The notes beneath the pieces were generated by a model that saw only the letters and a program-made list of their open reading frames with translations, was not told the origin of the DNA and did not search any database. A stretch of DNA of 52,482 bases from an uncultured bacterium. GTDB lineage: Bacteria; RBG-13-61-14; DRUE01. Of the stretch, positions 36,658 through 43,959 are shown in pieces. Position numbers and translations under genes: made by a program. Where the stretch lies: contig CAZKMM010000001.1 of NCBI GenBank assembly GCA_964553915.1, positions 1-52,482 on the forward strand. Reading direction: 5' to 3'. Position 1 is the stretch's first letter. Every line of letters begins with the position of its first letter.

Positions 36658-39312
36658 ATGCGAAAAATCTCTTGGGAAGAAAAACCCTGGCTCTATCCTT
36701 TGGCAGGGTTAATTCTAATCTGGCTTCCATTTATCATCCGTGCTGTCAATGGTCAGACCGCACTGGCTGGACTGCTGGAGTATGATATTGGCTTTCAGTG
36801 GATTCCTTTTAAAGAGTTCACCAGATTCTGCTACCAAAATGGATATTTTCCTCTCTGGTGCCCCTATGTATTTGCCGGGATGCCTTTTTTAGCTTTCAGC
36901 CATACCCAGGTGCTTTATCCATTTGGATTTCTCCTCACTTTTTTTGATTATGCCCGGGCGGTTAATTTTTTCTACCCGATTCATTTGAGCATTGGCTTTC
37001 TGGGGCTGTATCTTTTGCTCCGGAATCTTTCCCTTAGAGCCTTTTCCAGCTTCCTTGCTTCTCTGGGAATGATTTTAAGTGGAAAATTTTTTTATTTCAT
37101 TCATTTTCTTCCTTCTGCCAGTTCTAATTTCTGGGGAGTGTGGTTTTTTTATTTTTTAGTTAAGTTTGCCCGGAAAGAAAAGATTAATTATCTTTTGGGG
37201 GCGAGCTTTTCTCTTGGTCTCCAGTTTTTGGGAGGGGATTTTGAAAGCTCTGCTTATCAGCTTTTTTTTGCTCCCTTTTTTCTTCTTTTTCTCTGGAGCC
37301 GGGAAAAAAGGTTTAATCCAAAGCTCTGGCTAGGCTTTTTTTTCAGTATCTTTTTGGGGCTGGCTCTCGCTGGTGCCCAGTTTCTTCCTTTATTTGAATA
37401 CTCTGGATTTTTTCTGAGAAAAGTAGGTTATACTTTTTCTGGTTTTGAATGGCGAATCCATCCAATTAAGATAAGCTGGGGTTTAATTTTTCCTCTTGAG
37501 GAACTCCATACCATAGAAACGAAAAGTCTGGCATCTTATCTTTATCTAGGGTTATTAGGGATATTTCTCCCGATTTATGGGGCGATTCGGGAAAGGAAAT
37601 GGCTCGGGTTGTTTATTTTATCTCTTATAATTCTGCTTTTTTCTTTTGGAAGCCTTCGGTTTCTGGATTGGGTGGTTTATCATCTTCCTCTTTTAAATCG
37701 TTTTGGGGCTCAGGAGCACAGTTTTTTTCTTTTTCAGATTTTTTGGGCGATTTTAATTGGAGCTGGCTTGGAGCGGGCATTAAAAGATAATCGGGGAATT
37801 TTTTTCTTTTTTATTTTTTCGCTGGCGCTGGTGATGTTCGGAGAAATTTACTTCAAAAACTTGGGCTACCGGAAAATTTTGCTAATTATTCTGTTTTTGG
37901 GAAGCCTGATTTCTTTAAGAAACAAAACCGCTTTCTTGCTTACACCAGGATTGGTGCTTGTGGTTTTTCTGCTTGATATCTATCTACCCGCGTTAAAATA
38001 TCTTCCTAAAAATCCACCAGAGATTTACCAGCTCCCTATGGAGTTAAACCGCTTCCGGCTGGGTCAAAAATCTCCGGTCCGGGCAGTGATTATCTCTCGC
38101 CAGGGAATTAATGACCCGATTTTACTCCATCATCTGGGCTTGAGAATTCATTTAGGGACGATTGACGGCTGGATTACCACTCCACCCTTGAGCTATGCAA
38201 AATTTCTCAATTTGATTGAGCCGAGAAGCGTAATTTTTAAGGATGGGAAAATTAACAGCTATGACTTCAATCATTTTCGGAGGGGAGAGTTTATTCGGGC
38301 AGAAACCCTGCCTCTGATTGACCTGCTTTCTTTAAGATATTTTCTCGTGCGAGGAAAAAACCTGAAATTTGCTTCCCCTTATATCTTTCGGGCAGATGAG
38401 CAGTCTAAAACCGCTGAGCAGGATATAAGCCTCCCACCGAATTCTTATTTCCAGCAAAAGGTTTATATAGAAAAAGGAGATATTTTTAAAACCAAAACCC
38501 CGCTCCAAAAATCCAGCCCATTTTTCCTGCTCCTCTTTCAGAATTCAAAAACCAGCTCCCTGCTTTATGCCCGAGCACCTCTCCAGCCCAAAAATTCTAA
38601 AAAACCCAATTATCTGAAAATCTCCCTTCCCCTGAAAAGCCCCCAGGGTAAAACCGGAATTTTTCTCTTTCTCAATCTGAGCGTTTCCTCTTTTGAGAAA
38701 AAACTGGAACTAGGGGAACCGAGAATAGAAAATTCCAAAAAACGCATTCAAAAAATCTGGAGCAACGAATTTGAAATCTATGAAAATCGCAAAGCCTTTC
38801 CAATGGCTTATATGGTGCATAACTGCGAAGTGTTTGATGACCAGGAGCAAATCCTTGCCCGGCTGAAAAATTCTTACCGCTGGGAGCTGGAAAGAAAAAT
38901 TTATCTCTCCGCTTCCTCTCCCACTGCCAGGGTTATTCAGAAAGTGGCAGAGGAGCTGAAAAACCGGGGAATTGACCCCCTGGAGCTAAAAGAGCCGGTC
39001 TATTTAAAAACAAATCTTCCGGACCGAATGGTTTTTTTAGTCCGGCTGGCTCGTCCGGGCTATCTTTTTTTAAACCATCAATATCTTCCTGGCTGGAAGG
39101 TTTTTGTTGATGGAAGAGAATGGAGGATTGAGCGGGCAGATTATTGCTTTCGGGCGGTTTTTCTGGATAAAGGCACCCACCGGGTAGAATTTCGCTACCA
39201 GCCGGTGGGATTTGCCATTGGATTATATTTCAGCTTTGCCAGTTTCTTGGTTCAATTGATTTTTCTAGGGCTCTGGATAAAAAAAGACCGCGGAAAAATC
39301 CGCGGTCTTTAA
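36658..39312 (+). CDS. Large polytopic membrane protein, YfhO-like (GT-C-type glycosyltransferase candidate)
   Basis: 884 aa with 12 or more hydrophobic segments in the first ~450 residues. A soluble ~380-aa region follows, then a final TM helix (FAIGLYFSFASFLVQLIFLGLWI). This is the YfhO-type architecture; the assignment is by architecture only. Confidence 0.5.
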   Translation: MRKISWEEKPWLYPLAGLILIWLPFIIRAVNGQTALAGLLEYDIGFQWIPFKEFTRFCYQNGYFPLWCPYVFAGMPFLAFSHTQVLYPFGFLLTFFDYARAVNFFYPIHLSIGFLGLYLLLRNLSLRAFSSFLASLGMILSGKFFYFIHFLPSASSNFWGVWFFYFLVKFARKEKINYLLGASFSLGLQFLGGDFESSAYQLFFAPFFLLFLWSREKRFNPKLWLGFFFSIFLGLALAGAQFLPLFEYSGFFLRKVGYTFSGFEWRIHPIKISWGLIFPLEELHTIETKSLASYLYLGLLGIFLPIYGAIRERKWLGLFILSLIILLFSFGSLRFLDWVVYHLPLLNRFGAQEHSFFLFQIFWAILIGAGLERALKDNRGIFFFFIFSLALVMFGEIYFKNLGYRKILLIILFLGSLISLRNKTAFLLTPGLVLVVFLLDIYLPALKYLPKNPPEIYQLPMELNRFRLGQKSPVRAVIISRQGINDPILLHHLGLRIHLGTIDGWITTPPLSYAKFLNLIEPRSVIFKDGKINSYDFNHFRRGEFIRAETLPLIDLLSLRYFLVRGKNLKFASPYIFRADEQSKTAEQDISLPPNSYFQQKVYIEKGDIFKTKTPLQKSSPFFLLLFQNSKTSSLLYARAPLQPKNSKKPNYLKISLPLKSPQGKTGIFLFLNLSVSSFEKKLELGEPRIENSKKRIQKIWSNEFEIYENRKAFPMAYMVHNCEVFDDQEQILARLKNSYRWELERKIYLSASSPTARVIQKVAEELKNRGIDPLELKEPVYLKTNLPDRMVFLVRLARPGYLFLNHQYLPGWKVFVDGREWRIERADYCFRAVFLDKGTHRVEFRYQPVGFAIGLYFSFASFLVQLIFLGLWIKKDRGKIRGL

Positions 39313-39314
39313 TT
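39279..39314. terminator. Bidirectional intrinsic terminator between convergent yfhO-like gene and hydrogenase operon
   Basis: Perfect 8-bp GC-rich stem GACCGCGG (39286-39293) / CCGCGGTC (39300-39307) with a 6-nt loop. It is flanked by A7 (39279-39285) and TTTAATT (39308-39314). The hairpin lies inside the last codons of the + strand CDS. Confidence 0.65.
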
Positions 39315-39328
39315 AACACTTTTTAGCT

Positions 39329-39676
39329 TTATTTTTTCTCTGGCACCTGCCAGACCACCTGTTTCTTCACATAAGCCGGTGGGGTATATTCCACTACTGG
39401 CTTTAAAGCCTGATGAAAACAGCTCTCCACACAAATATGGCAGTAAATGCATTTAAACGGCTCCCAGGTCACGGTGCGGTTTTCTTCATCCACTTTTATT
39501 GCTTCACTGGGACAGAGCCTCTGGCAATCACCACACAGGTCGCATTTTTCTGAATCGTGCTCAAATCTCCCTCGGATATTCTCAAAAAGAAATGGCTCGC
39601 GCTTTTCAAAGGGATAGCGAATAGTGGCAGGACCGCCAAAGAGATTTTTCAAAATTCTTGGAATCATCCAGGGCAT
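39329..39676 (-). CDS. Hydrogenase 2x[4Fe-4S] ferredoxin-like subunit (EchF/NuoI-like)
   Basis: Two CxxCxxCxxxC motifs (CDLCGDCQRLCP; CIYCHICVESC). 115 aa. GGAGGAG SD. Confidence 0.85.
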   Translation of the reverse strand: MPWMIPRILKNLFGGPATIRYPFEKREPFLFENIRGRFEHDSEKCDLCGDCQRLCPSEAIKVDEENRTVTWEPFKCIYCHICVESCFHQALKPVVEYTPPAYVKKQVVWQVPEKK

Positions 39677-39691
39677 TTTCTCTCCTCCTTT

Positions 39692-40771
39692 TTATCTTTC
39701 CGTGCAGGCAATACACGGGTCTATGCTTAAAGTGATAATCGGCACATCTGCCATCTCACACCCGGGGAGCATTGCCAGAAGCGGGGGAATATTAGCAAAA
39801 GTGGGGGTGCGGATTTTGCACCGCTCCAGGTAGCGAGTTCCATTTCCTTTGACATAATAAGTCAGCTCCCCGCGGGGCTGTTCTATTCTGGAAAATGCCT
39901 CTTTCTCTGGCCAGTGGTCTGGCTTGATAAAAATCTCGGTATCCGGGATTTTACCAATTGCCTCCAAAATCAATTCAATAGACTGCAAAACCTCTTTTGC
40001 TCTGACCAATGCCCGGGCATAACTATCACCGTCTGGTTCCACCACCGGCTCAAAATCCAGCTCGCCATAAGCTGCGTGTCCGGTCAGGCGCATATCCTGA
40101 CGAAGTCCAGAACCCCGAGCTGTGGGACCAACAGCTCCCAGCTTATGAGCATCTTCCTTGCTTAAAACCCCTTTCCCTACACACCTTGCCTTAACCGTGG
40201 GGTCTTTAAGAAGAACTGGAAGCAGTTCCTCAACCTCTGCCTTTATCTCTTTCAATACCTTGGTGAACTCTCCCCGTAGATAATCATTGGGAATATCCTT
40301 ATTCACTCCCCCCACCACACAGGTGGAAAAAATAATCCGATTTCCCGTGGTTTTCTCAATTAAGAAAACACTTTTCTCCCGAATCCTCCAGAATTGCATA
40401 AACAGGCTCTCAAACCCAAAAGCATCTGCTAAAAGTCCGAGCCAGAGAAGATGCGAACGAATCCGATTAAGCTCCGCCCAGATTACCCGTAGATACTTTG
40501 CCCGGGGTGGAACCTCCATCTCCAGTGCCTTTTCCACTGCCTCACAATAAGCCTGCGCATGCATAAAATTGCAAATCCCACAAACATGCTCCACCAGGCG
40601 AGGATTCTTCCAGTAAGCATTCCGTTCACATCCTTTTTCTATCCCCCGATGACAGTATCCAATATTGGGAAGTACCTCCTGAACAATGTCATCTTCTAAA
40701 ACCAGCGTGAGATGAATTGGCTCCGGTAAAACCGGGTGCTGAGGTCCAAACGGCATTACGGTTTTAGGCAT
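39692..40771 (-). CDS. Group 4 [NiFe]-hydrogenase large subunit (EchE/NuoD-like)
   Basis: FGPQHP N-terminus, N-terminal Ni-Fe ligand motif VEHVCGICNFMH, C-terminal motif SIDPCIACTER immediately followed by the stop. 359 aa, about the size of Ech large subunits. Confidence 0.9.
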   Translation of the reverse strand: MPKTVMPFGPQHPVLPEPIHLTLVLEDDIVQEVLPNIGYCHRGIEKGCERNAYWKNPRLVEHVCGICNFMHAQAYCEAVEKALEMEVPPRAKYLRVIWAELNRIRSHLLWLGLLADAFGFESLFMQFWRIREKSVFLIEKTTGNRIIFSTCVVGGVNKDIPNDYLRGEFTKVLKEIKAEVEELLPVLLKDPTVKARCVGKGVLSKEDAHKLGAVGPTARGSGLRQDMRLTGHAAYGELDFEPVVEPDGDSYARALVRAKEVLQSIELILEAIGKIPDTEIFIKPDHWPEKEAFSRIEQPRGELTYYVKGNGTRYLERCKIRTPTFANIPPLLAMLPGCEMADVPIITLSIDPCIACTER

Positions 40772-40786
40772 TTTCCCACTCCTTTC

Positions 40787-42592
40787 TTATTCGTTCCAAT
40801 CACAGCGCCAGCAGCGCTTGGTCTCCTGAGCACTTTGCTCATCAGCAAATCCAAGCTCTACCTCGTTGAAATTCTTTACTCTTTCTTTGGGGTCTAATTT
40901 CTTTACCTCTACCCGAGGAATTTGTTTTCTAGCTTCTTTCATATCCCTTCTCATCACAAACTGCTGGGGATAAGGAACTTCGGGCACATAAAGTCTTCCA
41001 TCTCCACCCAGATATTTATCAATGGCAATGGCAGCTTTTCTTCCATCTGCTACCGCCTCCACCACCGAAGCAGGACCAGTGCGGACATCTCCCCCAGCAA
41101 AAACCCCATCCCGGCTGGTCTTCATACTCATTGCATCTGCCTCAATCCGATTGCCTCTGCCCAGATTAACTCCAAGCTTTTCCGAAACCTCAGGACGCTG
41201 ACCAATGGCAATGACCAAATTGTCCAGCTCCACAGTATATTCGCTTCCTTCAATCGGCACCGGTCTCCTTCTTCCACTCTCGTCCGGCTCCCCTAACTTC
41301 ATCTTGATATTGGTCACTGCCAGTTTATCTCCCTTGCGTTCAATCTTGGTGGGAGCACAGAGAAATTCTATCTTAATTCCTTCTTCAAGCGCCGCTTCCA
41401 CTTCTTCTGGACTTGCCGGCATCTCCGCCCGGGTCCGGCGATAGAAAACTGTAACTTCTTTGGCACCAAGCCGGAGCGCCACCCGAGCCGCATCTATAGC
41501 AGAATTTCCACCACCAACCACTCCGACCTTCTCTCCCACCTCAACCTTTTCTCCCAGATTAACCTTGCGGAGCATAGTCACACAGTTCAAAACCTTTTCA
41601 TCTTCTTCCCCGGGAATGCCCATTTCCACATTTTGATGAGCTCCCAGAGCCAGAAACACCGCATTAAAGCCCTGATTGAAAAGCTCATCCACTGATTCCA
41701 CCTTTTGATTGCACCTGATTTCCACTCCGAGGTCAGTAATGGTTTTAATCTCTGCATCAAGAATATCCTGAGGAAGTCTATAATCAGGTATTCCCACCCT
41801 CAGCATTCCGCCGGGCTTGGGAAGTGCCTCAAAAATCACCACCTGATGACCCAGTTTTGCCAGATAAAAGGCACAGGAAAGTCCCGCAGGACCACTTCCC
41901 ACAATTGCCACTTTTTTGCCGGTATCGGGTTTTTTACTTTTGTCCAGGTCAAAACCAGCTTTATCCGAGGCATATCTCTTGAGCAGGCGAATGCTTAACG
42001 GACTCTGCTCAATGGTCTGCCGGCATTTGGTCTCACAGGGAGCAAAGCATACCCGACCGGAAATTGCTACCAGAGGATTCTGCTGACGAATCAGCTCTAC
42101 CGCCTCTTTATATTTCCCTTCCTCAATCAATCTGATATAACCGGGAATATCAATCCCAGCCGGGCAGGCTTCCCGGCAGGGGGGAATTTTTCGCTCCGGA
42201 GCTGGCTCCTTATCCCAGCTCGGCTTTAAAAGAGGAATTTTAGGGGCTTCCTGATGAAGCAGGAGCTTGCTATCAAAATCTATTGCCATCCCTATAAACT
42301 TCACTCCAAACATATCTTTAATTTCGTTCTCAATTAGCAAGGCAGGAAAGAAAACTGGAGAGATGCTCGGAACCTCTCTTCCTTTTGGCACCTTAATCCG
42401 AATGTTCTCAACCTTATGGTCAATATCAAAATGATAAATGATTTCAAAACCTTCCTCACCCAGGTCCCGACAGCTGGCAGTAACAAACCGAGCTCCTCTA
42501 CCTGCCATCTTCTCTACTTCTGAGATAAACTCTTCTAAATCTACCAAAACCTCCTTCTCTACCCCTATGGTAGATATTCTTTCCTCCCTCAT
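40787..42592 (-). CDS. Fusion protein: EchD/NuoC-like hydrogenase subunit + GltD/SudA-type NAD(P)H-dependent FAD/Fe-S oxidoreductase
   Basis: Residues 1 to ~115 are NuoC/EchD-like (PALLIENEIKDMFGVKFIG). From about residue 135 there is a Cys-rich Fe-S region (CREACP..GRVCFAPCETKC). A FAD fold follows (KKVAIVGSGPAGLSCAFYLAKLG..GGMLRVGIPDYRLP), then an NAD(P)H fold (KVGVVGGGNSAIDAARVAL..TVFYRR). The C-terminus carries CWRC. Confidence 0.8.
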   Translation of the reverse strand: MREERISTIGVEKEVLVDLEEFISEVEKMAGRGARFVTASCRDLGEEGFEIIYHFDIDHKVENIRIKVPKGREVPSISPVFFPALLIENEIKDMFGVKFIGMAIDFDSKLLLHQEAPKIPLLKPSWDKEPAPERKIPPCREACPAGIDIPGYIRLIEEGKYKEAVELIRQQNPLVAISGRVCFAPCETKCRQTIEQSPLSIRLLKRYASDKAGFDLDKSKKPDTGKKVAIVGSGPAGLSCAFYLAKLGHQVVIFEALPKPGGMLRVGIPDYRLPQDILDAEIKTITDLGVEIRCNQKVESVDELFNQGFNAVFLALGAHQNVEMGIPGEEDEKVLNCVTMLRKVNLGEKVEVGEKVGVVGGGNSAIDAARVALRLGAKEVTVFYRRTRAEMPASPEEVEAALEEGIKIEFLCAPTKIERKGDKLAVTNIKMKLGEPDESGRRRPVPIEGSEYTVELDNLVIAIGQRPEVSEKLGVNLGRGNRIEADAMSMKTSRDGVFAGGDVRTGPASVVEAVADGRKAAIAIDKYLGGDGRLYVPEVPYPQQFVMRRDMKEARKQIPRVEVKKLDPKERVKNFNEVELGFADEQSAQETKRCWRCDWNE

Positions 42593-42603
42593 TGAAATCC
42601 TCC

Positions 42604-43062
42604 TTACTTGGACTCGGCACTTTGCAATTCTTCAGGCGGAACCTTGCCTGCCAGCTTATTCAAGGCATAAATCACCGCATCAATAATTGCCTCAGGACGA
42701 GCTGCACATCCCGGAACATAAACATCCACCGGCACCACCTTGTCCACCCCACCAAGAATATTCGGGCAATTATGAAACACTCCGCCGGTGCAGGCACAGG
42801 TTCCTACCGCAATTACCATCTTTGGCTCAGGAATCTGCTCGTATAAATTTCGCAAGACCCTGGCATTCCGGCGATTTGCCGGACCAGTAATCACCAGCAC
42901 ATCCGCATGCTTGGGATTGCCCATATTCACAATCCCGAACCGCTCCACATCAAAAAGCGGGGTAAGACAAGCGAGAATCTCAATATCACAGCCATTACAA
43001 CTCCCGCAGTCAAAATGCATAATCCAGGGACTTTTTAGCTGAGAAGTCTTAATTAAACCCAT
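42604..43062 (-). CDS. Group 4 [NiFe]-hydrogenase small subunit (EchC/NuoB-like)
   Basis: NuoB-type cluster ligands: FDCGSCNGCDIE, GTCACTGG, VPGCAARPE. 152 aa. Confidence 0.9.
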   Translation of the reverse strand: MGLIKTSQLKSPWIMHFDCGSCNGCDIEILACLTPLFDVERFGIVNMGNPKHADVLVITGPANRRNARVLRNLYEQIPEPKMVIAVGTCACTGGVFHNCPNILGGVDKVVPVDVYVPGCAARPEAIIDAVIYALNKLAGKVPPEELQSAESK

Positions 43063-43064
43063 TT

Positions 43065-43937
43065 TTAACCTCCTCTCTTAAACAGATAAAGAACCGCCAG
43101 GTTTAAAATCACCATTCCTACCCCTACCGCCCAGCTAATTCTTACCATCCAGCGCCAGGTGAGACGAGCGGTAGCATTATCAATAACGATTTCCAGAAGA
43201 AAACATCCCAGAGCAATTAAAATCCCCACCCAGAGGGGATGAGCAAAAAAGATGCTGAGCAAAGCCAGAACCAATATCAGCTCATACCAGTGGGTAAGCT
43301 CTACCATTGCCAGATAGGGTCCGCTGATTTCTGTGGTCACGCCCTTGACCAGTTCTTGGTGAGCATGATGGGAGGTAGAAATATCAAACGGGCTTTTTCT
43401 CATTTTAATGGTCAGAGCTACCAAAAGAGCCAGAAATACCAACGGAAGACTTACCAGCAAAGGTTGGGAATATGCCAGCACCTCTTTTACCCGAAAACTT
43501 CCAGTTTTCAAATAAATCGCCACGACAGATAAAATCAATATCGGCTCATAGCTCAATAACTGCATCATCTCCCGCTGACTGCCTATATAACTGTAAGGAG
43601 AGCGGACACTAAACCCGGCAAGCACCAGACAAATCGTGCCAAAGCCCAGAACAAACACCATCATTAAAAGGTCCTGCCCCACCGCAAAAATTACCAGCGC
43701 CGCCATTGCCATAATCAAATATCCCCAGACCCAGAGAATCTGAAGCTTATGGGCAACAAATCCTTTTTTCCCAAAGAGTTTGAACAGGTCATAGAAAGGC
43801 TGAATCAAAGGTGGACCCACCCTGCCCTGAAGCCGGGCGGTAAGCCTGCGGTCTATTCCGCTTAAAATTCCTCCAACAATCGGCGCCCCCACCAGGGCAA
43901 CAATTGCGGAAATCAGCATTTTTACTCCTTCGCTCAT
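43065..43937 (-). CDS. Hydrogenase membrane subunit (EchB/NuoH/HycD-like)
   Basis: 290 aa with about 8 TM segments. NuoH-like N-terminal region (RRLTARLQGRVGPPLIQPFYDLFKLF). Confidence 0.8.
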   Translation of the reverse strand: MSEGVKMLISAIVALVGAPIVGGILSGIDRRLTARLQGRVGPPLIQPFYDLFKLFGKKGFVAHKLQILWVWGYLIMAMAALVIFAVGQDLLMMVFVLGFGTICLVLAGFSVRSPYSYIGSQREMMQLLSYEPILILSVVAIYLKTGSFRVKEVLAYSQPLLVSLPLVFLALLVALTIKMRKSPFDISTSHHAHQELVKGVTTEISGPYLAMVELTHWYELILVLALLSIFFAHPLWVGILIALGCFLLEIVIDNATARLTWRWMVRISWAVGVGMVILNLAVLYLFKRGG

Positions 43938-43959
43938 CTTCTCTTCCCCTTTTTTGTTT

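Noticed and set aside
39692-40771. Possible selenocysteine (in-frame TGA) or a frameshift in the hydrogenase large subunit or other redox genes.
   Set aside because: All four Ni-Fe ligand positions are encoded as Cys, and the ORF is uninterrupted from the FGPQHP N-terminus to DPCIACTER. No split or truncated genes were evident anywhere in the window.
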